A DNA stretch of 64,000 nt from Trichormus sp. ATA11-4-KO1 (GCA_019358915.1 JAHHIM010000055.1:320001-384000); one strand, 5' to 3'. Positions 31,253 through 41,199 are shown, counted from the stretch's first letter. Numbers and translations: made by a program. The notes: a model not told the origin generated them from the sequence alone.

Positions 31253-31289
31253 TTACAAGAAAATTATAATAACACGTTCTCGCAAAATA

Positions 31290-31796
31290 ATGCAAGACAA
31301 TTTTTCATTGAATCCTATCGACTTAACTCACTTGGATGCTCAGGGAGAAGCGCAGATGGTAGATGTATCTGAGAAAGTACCAACTATCCGCCAGGCGATC
31401 GCCGCAGCCAAGGTGCGGATGTTACCAGCAACCTTTGCGGCAATTCAAGCCGGCAATGCCCCAAAAGGTGATGTGTTGGCAACTGCTAGGTTAGCGGGGA
31501 TTATGGCAGCTAAACAAACGGCCGCTTTAATTCCTTTGTGTCATCCATTGCCACTGCAAAAAATATCAATTGAGGTCATACCCGACCCCCAATTACCTGG
31601 TTATCAAATTCAATCTACAGTCAAAACCAAAGCTGAAACTGGTGTAGAAATGGAAGCTTTAACTGCTGTTTCTATTGCAGCTTTAACTTTATATGATATG
31701 GCAAAAGCTTTAGAAAAATCGATTCAAATTGAATCAATTCAACTAATAAGTAAAACTGGCGGGAAAGCAGGAGAATATTACCCGCCAGAAGCATAA
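31290..31796 (+). CDS. moaC: Cyclic pyranopterin monophosphate synthase MoaC
   Basis: [45 protein letters not shown]. Confidence 0.97.
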   Translation: MQDNFSLNPIDLTHLDAQGEAQMVDVSEKVPTIRQAIAAAKVRMLPATFAAIQAGNAPKGDVLATARLAGIMAAKQTAALIPLCHPLPLQKISIEVIPDPQLPGYQIQSTVKTKAETGVEMEALTAVSIAALTLYDMAKALEKSIQIESIQLISKTGGKAGEYYPPEA

Positions 31797-31797
31797 C

Positions 31798-31995
31798 TTA
31801 GACAATATTGCCTATGGCTTTGTTTAGGTCTGTGGGGCTTTCATATTCTTCATTTTCGGGTAATTGCTCTAATATTGAGATTACATCCCGATCAGCTCCT
31901 TGACTTTGAGCATGTTGAATCAATTCTTGCTTATTCGCAGGATAATCAACACCTTTCAAGTGTTTTTGGATTTCTACTGGATTGGCTTTAGCCAT
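31798..31995 (-). CDS. DUF2795 family small protein
   Basis: QKHLKGVDYPANKQELIQHA...LEQLP..EYESPTDL. Confidence 0.88.
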   Translation of the reverse strand: MAKANPVEIQKHLKGVDYPANKQELIQHAQSQGADRDVISILEQLPENEEYESPTDLNKAIGNIV

Positions 31996-32339
31996 TTTTA
32001 TCCACCTCTAACGGTTGTTATTTATATCTTCACGATTGCTTGTATTAACTCCCTCTATCAAAAAGATGAATCATTTTTAACACATATAAATTAAAAGTTC
32101 ACCCAATTGATTGATGAATATTTTGTGATTTTTGATTCTTTTCTCAAAATTAACCCTTATTAATCGATAGTTTTTTATCAAAAAAGTTATAGGTATTTTA
32201 TGAGGATTAGGATTTGAGGAGGAGAGTGATCCCTTGTTATACATCTAAGAAGATATTTGTAAAGTATTCAGTGGTATCAAGATACCCCTACTGTTTCCAT
32301 CACCCGGTTTTTTCTTGGAGACAATACTTGATTTTTTTA

Positions 32340-32370
32340 AACCCATTTTGGGTTTATCCTATATGAGGTT
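32340..32370. promoter_or_regulatory. Putative tandem controller (C-box) operators
   Basis: AACCC-ATTTT-GGGTT followed by ATCCT-ATATG-AGGTT upstream of the XRE gene. Confidence 0.55.
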
Positions 32371-32452
32371 TTATGATGAAACAGAGTTAGACAAAAAATA
32401 CTAACTGTCATTGAGAGCGAATATACTATCGCCTACAAAAAGCTAAATCAAG

Positions 32453-32701
32453 TTGCCTAAATCAGTTTATAGCGAGGAATATAATCGGTTTCGTCAGATG
32501 CTTATTGAAGTTCGTAAAGCAGCAAATTTCACTCAAGCTGAGTTGTCAGCTAAGTTAAAGCGTCCGCAATCTTATGTATCAAAGTATGAACGTGGAGAGC
32601 GTCGTCTTGACTTAATTGAATTCTTGGAAGTAGCCCTAGTGTTGAAAATAGATCCACTTGCTTTTATTGAAGAACTGCTGAAAAAGCAAAAGGAGACTTA
32701 A
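32453..32701 (+). CDS. XRE-family HTH protein, putative RM controller (C protein)
   Basis: RKAANFTQAELSAKLKRPQSYVSKYERGERRLDLIE; lies directly upstream of the REase. Confidence 0.85.
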   Translation: MPKSVYSEEYNRFRQMLIEVRKAANFTQAELSAKLKRPQSYVSKYERGERRLDLIEFLEVALVLKIDPLAFIEELLKKQKET

Positions 32702-32703
32702 CA

Positions 32704-33372
32704 ATTATTATTCAATATATTGACTTCAATGCAGCAGACATAATTATTAATACCCAATACAAAAATGAATGGCATGAGGTTAGTACTGTCTTGACTTCAA
32801 TGCCTCTACATCTCAAAGCTTCAGATCAAGCAGGAATTCAGGGTAATCCAATCTTCGATCCAGTAGGTACCAACGAATACATTAAAGCTGCTTTTATGAG
32901 TTGTGGCTGGCAATCCAATATACCTATTCCAGTATCCTATAGATTTTTGGGTACAGATATTGATTTTGCTAAAGCTGGCATCGTCATTGAAATCCAGTTC
33001 TCTAACTATCCTTTTCTACTCAATAATACCTTACGTTCAGAATTGTTCTTTAAATCTCAAACTGAATTTGCTGGCTACCCAACTCATCTGGTAATTTTAG
33101 TGACAAAAGCTCTCATGTTTCCTGCTTCAAACAGCACTCTTTATTATGAGCAAGCTGTTAACCAATTAACAGCTTTAATGCAAAAGCAAGTTTTTGATGT
33201 ACCAATTAGACTGGTAGGATTATTTGAACAATCAAATACAACAGTACCTGTCATTTGGACTGAGTATTTATCAAAAAGATACTCTAGAAATATAAATACT
33301 AGAGTTAGTCGCCAATGCCAAATACTTGCAGGAAAATCAACCCGTAGTCGTTGTTTATTTCGCTTATTGTAA
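32704..33372 (+). CDS. BglII-like type II restriction endonuclease (predicted site AGATCT); probable ATT start at 32704 (ORF track gives TTG at 32791)
   Basis: Blocks closely matching BglII as I recall it: MPLHLKASDQA, IFDPVGTNEYIK, FLGTDIDF, EIQFSNYPFLLNNTLRSELF, MFPASNSTLYYEQA, VFDVPIRLVGL, KRYSR; D...ExQ catalytic motif intact. Confidence 0.88.
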   Translation: MIIQYIDFNAADIIINTQYKNEWHEVSTVLTSMPLHLKASDQAGIQGNPIFDPVGTNEYIKAAFMSCGWQSNIPIPVSYRFLGTDIDFAKAGIVIEIQFSNYPFLLNNTLRSELFFKSQTEFAGYPTHLVILVTKALMFPASNSTLYYEQAVNQLTALMQKQVFDVPIRLVGLFEQSNTTVPVIWTEYLSKRYSRNINTRVSRQCQILAGKSTRSRCLFRLL

Positions 33373-33383
33373 ACATAAATCAA

Positions 33384-34493
33384 TTAACTCCACAATTTCA
33401 ATTCAATTTGTTCTCCTTGTTCAATTTGTTTGACTGTTTTATTTGGCAGGGATGTCTTCTCGCCATTCCCATTTAGTTTGGGATCTACAGGAATATTTTC
33501 ACCTCGCAAACTAGCGCTAAAAGCAGCTTCTTCATAAACTAATCTCTCTTCCATTTCTTGCAAGTGATACTCTTCTGGATAAATTTTAGCTTTACTACGT
33601 TCTGAAGCTCGATTTCCTATTTGCAAATCAAACTTAAATTTCTCGATAGATTGACCAGTTTTATCAACGTAATCACGCAATGTTTTTAAATTTGGAAAAT
33701 ACCCGTTTTCATCAGGTTCACCACTGAGACGACGTAGCGCAACTTGATGATATTTTGATTCAATTTCTGTTCCTATAAAATGGCGTTTATAATCTTTAGC
33801 AACGACTGCTACAGTACCAGTACCCATATAAGGATCTAACACAAGATCATTTTTTTCAGTTGTAGCTAAGATAATTCTGGCTACTAAATCTTCTGGAAAC
33901 TGACAAGGGTGTATAGTTTGTTCCTCATGATTATGCTTTACATTCCGAAACATCCAAATATCACCAGGATTTTTACCATCTGGATTACAAGACAGTTCAC
34001 CCTTACGATTTCCCCGAAAATGTTTTTTATTTTGATATTTTTGTGGAACTCTAATAGCATCTAAATTAAATTTATAATTATCAGATTTAGTAAACCAGAG
34101 AATAGTTTCATGTCTACAAGAGAACTTTTTTTGAGCATGAAGACCATGCTGTCTAGCCCACACAATTCTATTACGAGGTATTAATCCACAAGATTCAAGA
34201 ATAGGAAAAAAGCGAATATCTAGAGGAATTAGCATCCCTTTATCAGAAAAAGCTCCAATCTGCCAAAATAGCGAGCCTGTTTTTTTGAGAATGCGGCTAC
34301 ATTCACGTAATACGGCTGTTTGTTCTTGTAAATAAATATCAAGAGCTTGCCTAGACTCGTACTCTTTACCCAAATTATAGGGTGGTGAAGATACGATTAA
34401 ATCGACACAATCATTTGGCAATTTATGAAGCAGTTGTAAGCAATTTTCTAAAATAATTTGGTCTACAGGTATATTCTCGTGTTTAATCTTCAC
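33384..34493 (-). CDS. Beta-class DNA methyltransferase (probably N4-cytosine), cognate MTase of the RM system
   Basis: Motif IV SSPPY precedes motif I DPYMGTGT; HPCQFP; convergent with the REase. Confidence 0.92.
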   Translation of the reverse strand: MKIKHENIPVDQIILENCLQLLHKLPNDCVDLIVSSPPYNLGKEYESRQALDIYLQEQTAVLRECSRILKKTGSLFWQIGAFSDKGMLIPLDIRFFPILESCGLIPRNRIVWARQHGLHAQKKFSCRHETILWFTKSDNYKFNLDAIRVPQKYQNKKHFRGNRKGELSCNPDGKNPGDIWMFRNVKHNHEEQTIHPCQFPEDLVARIILATTEKNDLVLDPYMGTGTVAVVAKDYKRHFIGTEIESKYHQVALRRLSGEPDENGYFPNLKTLRDYVDKTGQSIEKFKFDLQIGNRASERSKAKIYPEEYHLQEMEERLVYEEAAFSASLRGENIPVDPKLNGNGEKTSLPNKTVKQIEQGEQIELKLWS

Positions 34494-34529
34494 TTTTGTA
34501 TTTACCTCAAAATTAAGGCTAAAATTACA

Positions 34530-34552
34530 TAATAACCTATAATAGGTTATTA
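34530..34552. promoter_or_regulatory. Perfect palindrome in the MTase promoter, putative C-protein operator
   Basis: TAATAACCTAT-A-ATAGGTTATTA; its core AACCT-N5-AGGTT matches the boxes upstream of the C gene. Confidence 0.6.
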
Positions 34553-34730
34553 AACCTAATAATTTAAGTTAATTAAACGTGATCGCCTCTGGATACTGCT
34601 TTTTGGGTGATCGCTGACGGGATTTCCCAGTCTTGTGACAACAGACCCCCAAAGACCTTAGAATGATTTAAGTACACGGTAAACAGCCGTGTTACTAAAA
34701 TAAATGTATTCAAGTCTGTAATAAATCTTT

Positions 34731-34988
34731 ATGCCTCCTCGTTGGCCTCGCAAACCTGATCGCAAAGACCCAGATTTCCGTAAGTTAGATGATCGGATGA
34801 ATTTTGCTGTGCATGTAGCTGCTGCCTCGGCAATTAACTCTGGTTTATGGTTTGTTCACACCTTGAAAGCAACTACCTGGGAGTGGTTACCTTGGTTGAC
34901 GGCCAGTTGGATCATAGTATTGTTGGTGCATCTGATTTATATTACGGCGATCGCCAACTACTCCGATACTCCACCCAAATCCACCTGA
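34731..34988 (+). CDS. 2TM domain protein
   Basis: MPPRWPRKPDR.DP.FR.LDDRMNFAVH followed by two TM segments. Confidence 0.82.
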   Translation: MPPRWPRKPDRKDPDFRKLDDRMNFAVHVAAASAINSGLWFVHTLKATTWEWLPWLTASWIIVLLVHLIYITAIANYSDTPPKST

Positions 34989-35108
34989 AGATGGACTGCT
35001 AAAGTTAGGGTGATTGTAACCTGTGGTGGTAGATTCAGCTTGATTAATTGCGCGATAATGTCAAATATCCTGAGAGTTTGCGCTCTTTCTTGATATAGGA
35101 TAATTTTT

Positions 35109-35417
35109 ATGGCTCAAACTAACACCACAGAATTACTGGAAGCTTTAGCTGCTGAAATTGGTGAAGCAGTTTATATGGATATCGCCAAGTGGCATCTTTA
35201 TTTATCTGATGCCAAATTGCATACTGTTGTCGCCGAACAGATGTACCCTTTGGTGACTGCCAAAAGTGTCAATGAAGACCGAGTAATAACAGTATTGTCA
35301 TCTATTCCCGTAAAAATTGGCGGTGGGAGAAGAGAACTACCTTTAATCGATTTACTCCCACTGCAATGCCAAGTCAACCTGGTAGATATTTTAGAAAAAT
35401 TTCAGCGCGAAATTTAA
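35109..35417 (+). CDS. DUF3181 family protein
   Basis: LAAEIGEAVYMDIAKWHLYLSDAKL...VKIGGGR..LPL. Confidence 0.82.
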   Translation: MAQTNTTELLEALAAEIGEAVYMDIAKWHLYLSDAKLHTVVAEQMYPLVTAKSVNEDRVITVLSSIPVKIGGGRRELPLIDLLPLQCQVNLVDILEKFQREI

Positions 35418-35481
35418 TTTTGGCGTTTTGAATGTCCATAATTTGCTTTTTAGGCAACCCTCTTTGAGGAGGTTTTCGGAC

Positions 35482-35697
35482 ATGAATACATATCCATTTC
35501 ACGATGAATACACTCTAGCAGAAACAGCAGAAAAACTTGGGAAACAAGCTTTGAGCTTGGGTTTAATTCCTAGTTTTTTAGTGCGTCATTTTCCTGATAG
35601 CAGGCAATACTACATTCCCAATGAAGAAGCATCGGAACCGTTGACACCAGAACAAGCATATCTGCGGTTCAAAAAATTACTTGAAGAATCTACTTAA
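35482..35697 (+). CDS. Hypothetical protein
   Basis: GAGGAGG SD before the ATG at 35482; co-oriented with its neighbours. Confidence 0.7.
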   Translation: MNTYPFHDEYTLAETAEKLGKQALSLGLIPSFLVRHFPDSRQYYIPNEEASEPLTPEQAYLRFKKLLEEST

Positions 35698-35781
35698 GTA
35701 AATACTTAGTAGTTAACACGTCAGCAAGTTTTTCTTGATGCTTGAGTGAAATATTCAGATAAATTTAGTGAGGCTAGTCGT

Positions 35782-35991
35782 ATGCTTTTACAACTCAAAG
35801 ATACTGGGGATATAGTAAAAATTCTTGATATTCAAGAATTAATTGACCCAAATAATCATATCGTCCATGCACAGGATCAAGTAGGTGAAGAAGAACAAGA
35901 ACCTGATGCTTTTCACAAAGAGAATCTCATTTTTCCTTCTGGTGAAACTTTACCACGCTGTTGGTTAGATGCCAACTATAGGAAAAAATAA
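35782..35991 (+). CDS. Conserved small hypothetical protein
   Basis: GEEEQEP..F.K..LIFPSGETLPRCW motif, recognised as conserved. Confidence 0.78.
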   Translation: MLLQLKDTGDIVKILDIQELIDPNNHIVHAQDQVGEEEQEPDAFHKENLIFPSGETLPRCWLDANYRKK

Positions 35992-36039
35992 AAATAAATA
36001 AATTCTCCTAGCCAAAATTAGGCGGCGATCGCTCTCAAT

Positions 36040-36585
36040 TTAATGAGAAACTGGTGGTTTAAGAACGCTGGGAATGGCGTCCATGATTCTGTCGGCAATT
36101 TCTTCGGGTGTTTCACCCTCGCTCACGGTGATTTTGAGATCAGCTTGGGAGTAAAGTGGTGTTCTTTGTGTGAGCAGCGATCGCAGTTTACCTTGAGGAT
36201 CAACATCTTTTAATAATGGTCTTGTGGTATCCTCTAGCAAGCGGGTGTAAAGTAGCTCAATTGGCACATCTAGCCAAACGACTAAACCGTGGTGCAGATA
36301 ACTCCAGTTTTCTCGCCGCAATACGATACCCCCGCCTGTAGCAATAGTCAAATTAGTATAAGCACATACTTGAGCTAGTACATCACTTTCCAATTGGCGA
36401 AACGCTGCTTCCCCTTCTTCGGCAAACAGCTGATTGATAGATTTTCCTGCTGATTGGGCAATTACATTATCTGTATCTAAAAACCTATAACCGAGATGCT
36501 TTGCTAGTAATTGTCCGACAGTGGTCTTACCAGCGCCCATCATACCAATTAGGTACAGGTTGACTCCTTGCAATAAGCTACTCAC
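36040..36585 (-). CDS. aroK: Shikimate kinase
   Basis: GMMGAGKTT, GEAAFRQLE, ATGGG, RPLL, RTPLY. Confidence 0.96.
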   Translation of the reverse strand: MSSLLQGVNLYLIGMMGAGKTTVGQLLAKHLGYRFLDTDNVIAQSAGKSINQLFAEEGEAAFRQLESDVLAQVCAYTNLTIATGGGIVLRRENWSYLHHGLVVWLDVPIELLYTRLLEDTTRPLLKDVDPQGKLRSLLTQRTPLYSQADLKITVSEGETPEEIADRIMDAIPSVLKPPVSH

Positions 36586-37103
36586 TAGTTGCTGCGCTCC
36601 AATTATAAGTTGTCTTGACTTTTATCCTAACGTCTCAAGTTGTCTTAAATCTCCGCATTGAGACTACTTTTTGTTAGGAATAATACTGTTACTTATGTAT
36701 TGAATTTGACCAAGGTAATATCCTCACGATTCTTCGGTGAAATCAAAATAAATTGCAGATAAATTTGATAAATTTCTTGAGGCTTAATGGGAATTTTACG
36801 AAGCTTGTTTGAAACTTTATGCGAACAAATTCTGTCAATACAAACCAGCAGGACTCTCTCTGGTGGGGAAATTTTAGTTGTACTTAATACTATGTTTCTA
36901 ACAGCACAGTAGCGAAACCTCTAAAATTTAGTCACAGCAAGCTCAAATCAAAAATTGTGACAATTTAAGGTGTAAAAAGTAACTTAATTTTTGACATTTG
37001 ACAAATCAACTTCATCAACTTGAAGGTTTTAGCACAAAATCCACTGCATATCCCACCGGAGTAAGACCAAATAAATCAATGTGGTATGTATGAGGCATCA
37101 ACC

Positions 37104-37295
37104 ATGACTCGAATTCGTGAAGTAGTGCAACAAGCTTTAGCAACTGGCTATTTGACGGTTGAAGCAGAAAATCAACTACGGCATCTATTGACTACTCGAT
37201 ATGACTTGGAAGATTTTAATGCTTTCATGGCCTTGCAGGAGGCTGCCATGAACGGCAAAGTCAAGCAGGAGTCACGTGAACAGTGTAGTATCTAA
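37104..37295 (+). CDS. Small conserved cyanobacterial hypothetical protein
   Basis: IREVVQQALATGYLTVEAENQLR..L...DFNAFMALQEA; GAGG SD. Confidence 0.75.
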   Translation: MTRIREVVQQALATGYLTVEAENQLRHLLTTRYDLEDFNAFMALQEAAMNGKVKQESREQCSI

Positions 37296-37322
37296 ATTAT
37301 TTATTCTTCTCTTTATTAAAGC

Positions 37323-38024
37323 TCACTTACGTGAGCTATCATCTTCATCCTCAAAATCATCGTCGTTAAAAAATTCCCAATCGTCATCATCATCACTTTG
37401 ATTATTTGTCGGTGGTTGATAAGGAGGGATGATGACTCGGTAATCAGCATCGTAAATGGATTCCGTTTTTCCTACCGCAGTATTTTTTGGCTCACGGTAG
37501 TTGTAGGAGTAAACTGAACCAGACTGAGAACTGCTTTTGGGTTCTTGTTGGCGTTCGTAGGTTTGAGAGTCTCGCACTGATGAAGTTGTAGAACTAGGGG
37601 TAGGCGCTTCTCGCGGCTTTTGCTCAAAATCCCAATCATCATTAGTACTGTCATTTGTTTCCCAATCATCAAATGAGTTACTGGTAGCAGTTTCTGTTTG
37701 ATTAGCTGTCGATGGTGGTCTAGAAGGTGGAGGTGTAGGTTCTTCCCTTGTTGTTGCTTTAGTTCGAGGCGGGGTTGTGGCTGGTCTAAACTGAGTTTGG
37801 CCTTGTGGTCCCCCAAAATAATTAGCTAATTTAAACAAGATAGTGATAAGTAGGGATGTGCAAGCGCCAGCCGCAGTGCTAAACAAGATCCATATTGCCA
37901 GTGGTAATGGTTGAGTTCGCATCCCCAAAAATACTAGTGATAGAACAGGCGACCAATTTTGCACTAACAACAGCGTTAGCATTCCCAGAACCGCCACCAA
38001 CAAAATTAAGCGAATTACAGCCAT
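37323..38024 (-). CDS. LapA-domain membrane protein with a disordered acidic tail
   Basis: Two N-terminal TM segments around the QNWSPVLSLVFLG motif; YDADYRVIIPP. Confidence 0.78.
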   Translation of the reverse strand: MAVIRLILLVAVLGMLTLLLVQNWSPVLSLVFLGMRTQPLPLAIWILFSTAAGACTSLLITILFKLANYFGGPQGQTQFRPATTPPRTKATTREEPTPPPSRPPSTANQTETATSNSFDDWETNDSTNDDWDFEQKPREAPTPSSTTSSVRDSQTYERQQEPKSSSQSGSVYSYNYREPKNTAVGKTESIYDADYRVIIPPYQPPTNNQSDDDDDWEFFNDDDFEDEDDSSRK

Positions 38025-38125
38025 AGCAAAGGCAAAAATAAAAAGTTACTCAATGAAAATGCCAGAAAAAAAGCAAAAGGCAAAAGTTACTCTATCTTTA
38101 CTTTTACCTTTTTTCTTTTAACTTT

Positions 38126-38746
38126 TTACTGCCTTCCTTGCCAACGCTGAATGGGGATGCAATCAATATCTAGTTGATCTAAAGCACGGGCAACTACAAA
38201 ATCAACTAAGTCCTCAATACTTTGCGGATTGTGATACCAAGCAGGAATAGCAGGTACAACTCTGACTCCAGCTTCTGCCAAAGTCGTTAAGTTACGTAGG
38301 TGAATCAAGCTAAAAGGAGTTTCACGGGGGACAATGACTAGTTTTCGCCCTTCTTTGAGTTGGACATCGGCTGCTCGTTCTAGTAAGTCAGAACTCAAGC
38401 CAACTGCTAGCTTTGCCACTGTACTCATACTGCATGGCATGATCATCATCCCCAAGGTGCGAAAAGAACCACTAGCGATCCCGGCGCCCACATCACTCCA
38501 AGGATGACAGCGTAGTTTACCCCCAACAGTAACTCCAGCTTGTTCTCGCCAGAATTGCTCTTGTCCGGTTGGTTCTGCTGGCATCCGGGTGTCCTGTTCT
38601 GCTTGCCAGACTATGTAAGTTGATTTAGAGGCAACTAGTTCAATTTCATAATCGGCTGCGAGCAAATACTTGAGAGCACGAACAGCGTAAATCAGACCAG
38701 ATGCACCTGATACGCCTAAGATCAGGGGTTTAGAGATATTGGACAC
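38126..38746 (-). CDS. ubiX: Flavin prenyltransferase UbiX
   Basis: GVSGASG, IASGSF, PCSMST, RAADVQLKEGRKL, PRETP. Confidence 0.96.
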   Translation of the reverse strand: MSNISKPLILGVSGASGLIYAVRALKYLLAADYEIELVASKSTYIVWQAEQDTRMPAEPTGQEQFWREQAGVTVGGKLRCHPWSDVGAGIASGSFRTLGMMIMPCSMSTVAKLAVGLSSDLLERAADVQLKEGRKLVIVPRETPFSLIHLRNLTTLAEAGVRVVPAIPAWYHNPQSIEDLVDFVVARALDQLDIDCIPIQRWQGRQ

Positions 38747-38785
38747 GGTGGTTATTTAAAGGGGGATGGGGGGATAGGGGGGAAT

Positions 38786-38820
38786 AACTTAATATTAGTA
38801 ATCTCTCCTTGTCCCCTTGT
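38786..38820. repeat. 35-bp repeat copy A (inverted partner at 42938-42972), inside an STRR hairpin
   Basis: AACTTAATATTAGTAATCTCTCCTTGTCCCCTTGT. Confidence 0.9.
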
Positions 38821-38844
38821 CCCCTTCCTTGTCCCCATTCAAAT

Positions 38845-41199
38845 TTATTCATCCTCAGCATAAGTTTCTAAATCATCCGACTCCATATCGTTGGGAAAGT
38901 AGATATCTGATACATCACCGTTGGCATTACGCTCATCCAAATCTTTACCGATAACATCGCTACTGACAGTGACTAAATCAATTTGCTGGCGATAGTAATC
39001 GACACTTTTAACTTGCACAGCTACGCGATCGCCTAGTCTGTAAGAAGCACGATTTTTGCGCCCAAATAATGCCTGTTGTCTGGCACGGTATTCATACCAA
39101 TCGTCTTTGAGTGAACTGACGTGTACCAGTCCTTCTACTCGTAGAGGTACGCTGGGATCTTCACCAGGTGCAGATTCGGCGGCTGGCACTTCAATTTCGA
39201 CAAAAAAGCCGTAGGATTGCACGCCAGTAATTACGCCCTGGAATACCTGACCGATGCGCTGTTTCATCAGTTGGGCTTTTTGTAGTCCAGCTAAATCGGC
39301 TTCGGCTTCTTGGACTTCTTTTTCCCTATCGTTGATTTGGATGATTACCCGATTTAAATCACTTTGGAGTTCTTGTTGTAATTCTGGGGGTAAGACGTTC
39401 CAGTTAATTTCTTCATGGGAGGAAGAGTGGCGCAGGTTAACGCGTTCTTTCACGCGGGTGTTGCGGCGATCGCGACCGTGTTCAATCAGCCGATAGTACA
39501 CTCTTTGCATGAGCAAATCTGGGTAACGTCGCAAGGGGGCAGTACAGTGAGTATATTGCTGTAGTGCTAGACCAAAGTGTACTCCTTTAGTGGTGCTGTA
39601 GGCAGCAGGCTTGAGTGTATCTTGTAACAGATATGTTAAAACTTGCTCCGATGGAGATTCGGCAAAAGCCCTAGTCAAATGTTGATAATCTAAGGGTTGG
39701 ATATCTACTTCTGGTTCTAATGCCAGTTCCACACCTAAATTAATCGCCAATTTCAGCATTTCTTGGACATCTTCGGGATCGGGCGTACCTTGGACTCGCC
39801 AGATGGCAGGAATACCTAGGGCACTAAGATGTTTTGCCATCAGTTCATTTACTAGTAGCACCAACTCAGTCAACAGCGATCGCACAGGTAAATCATTGAC
39901 TAATACTGCCCCTAAAATCCCCTCATCATAGTAAGGGTTTTGGTTGGGTGGTAAATTTAACTGCAAGCTACCCCTAGATAAGCGCGCCTGTTTGACTGCT
40001 GTCTGCAATGCTTCTAGGTCTTGCAGTACCTCTATGACCTCTTGAGTGTGTTGAGTAGATTCACCTAGGAGAATTGCTTCGGCTTCTTGCCGACTCAGTG
40101 CGATGTCTACATTGATGACGCTGGGTTGAATTTGCCACTCTAAAGCTTCTCCGGAATTTGGGTCAATGGCAATTAAAAAAGAAAGGGCCAGGCGATCACT
40201 TCCGGGGACTAATGAACAGCGTTCTGCTACAGCTTCAGGTAACATTGGCAGGACTAATTCTCCCAGATACACCGACCTACCGCGCTTCACGGATTCTCTA
40301 TCTAGGGGTTCATCAGGTTGGACGTAGCGGGAAACATCGGCAATATGAAAACCCAAAAGCCAATGTCCTTCTCCGGTTTTTTCCAAACTTAAGGCATTCT
40401 CTACAAATTTGGTTGTACCATTTACACCCGCGATAGTTACGGTAAATAAATTGCGTAAATCCAGTTTGTTTTTCAGGTCTGCTTTCAGCAGTCTTTTGGG
40501 CAACTTGGCTGCTGCTTCCAGGACTGCATCTGGAAAATTCCGGGACAGGTCGTGTTTACAAGTTACTAAATCTATATCAGCCGCCGCTTCGGCATCGCTA
40601 CCCAGAATTTGCACCACTCGACCCAATGGGGGATATTGTGCTAAAGGGTAACGCAGCACTTCTACATGAGCTAAGTGATCGATCGCTTCCTCCAACTTCA
40701 TGCCGTTGGTTTGTAGTTTGAGTTCAAACAGTAGTCGATCATCTAATGGTACAGCACGGAAACCGCTATCTACTGGTTTAATTCGTGCCAGTAGGGTGTG
40801 GTTGGAACGTTCTAGAATCAGCTTGACTTCACCCTCAGGAGAACGGCGGCGACTACCTTCTTTGAGAACTCTTACCAAAACGCGATCGCCATTCCAAGCA
40901 TTACTCAGATGACTTTCACGGATATAAATATCCTCGGCTCCCTCTACATCTTGAATGGCAAAGCAAAAGCCTTTACTAGAACAACGGAGTTTTGCTTCGA
41001 TCATTCCCTCTTCTGTCACCCGGCGATATTTGCCGCGTTCTTTGACTAAAATTCCAATTTTCTCCAGTACTTCTAAGGCAATGTGAAGTTTTTGTAAACT
41101 AATCTCATCCTCGCAACCCAGTTTCTTTTCCAAAACTTTACGAGCTACCAATTTATCATCAGTGAAATTGGCCAGGAGTGTAGCGATAGAAAATTCCAT
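38845..41199 (-). CDS. RNase II/R (RNB) family protein, Zam-like, with a degenerate catalytic motif
   Basis: Cold-shock domains (KGFCFA, AWNGDRV), HIADVS, YTHCTAPLRRYPDL, S1 domain (EGLVHVSSL). Confidence 0.9.
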   Translation of the reverse strand: MEFSIATLLANFTDDKLVARKVLEKKLGCEDEISLQKLHIALEVLEKIGILVKERGKYRRVTEEGMIEAKLRCSSKGFCFAIQDVEGAEDIYIRESHLSNAWNGDRVLVRVLKEGSRRRSPEGEVKLILERSNHTLLARIKPVDSGFRAVPLDDRLLFELKLQTNGMKLEEAIDHLAHVEVLRYPLAQYPPLGRVVQILGSDAEAAADIDLVTCKHDLSRNFPDAVLEAAAKLPKRLLKADLKNKLDLRNLFTVTIAGVNGTTKFVENALSLEKTGEGHWLLGFHIADVSRYVQPDEPLDRESVKRGRSVYLGELVLPMLPEAVAERCSLVPGSDRLALSFLIAIDPNSGEALEWQIQPSVINVDIALSRQEAEAILLGESTQHTQEVIEVLQDLEALQTAVKQARLSRGSLQLNLPPNQNPYYDEGILGAVLVNDLPVRSLLTELVLLVNELMAKHLSALGIPAIWRVQGTPDPEDVQEMLKLAINLGVELALEPEVDIQPLDYQHLTRAFAESPSEQVLTYLLQDTLKPAAYSTTKGVHFGLALQQYTHCTAPLRRYPDLLMQRVYYRLIEHGRDRRNTRVKERVNLRHSSSHEEINWNVLPPELQQELQSDLNRVIIQINDREKEVQEAEADLAGLQKAQLMKQRIGQVFQGVITGVQSYGFFVEIEVPAAESAPGEDPSVPLRVEGLVHVSSLKDDWYEYRARQQALFGRKNRASYRLGDRVAVQVKSVDYYRQQIDLVTVSSDVIGKDLDERNANGDVSDIYFPNDMESDDLETYAEDE

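Noticed and set aside
31179..34700. RM cassette as a tRNA-Arg-integrated island
   Set aside because: The tRNA 3' end faces away from the cassette, moaC intervenes, and no integrase or duplicated tRNA 3' end was seen
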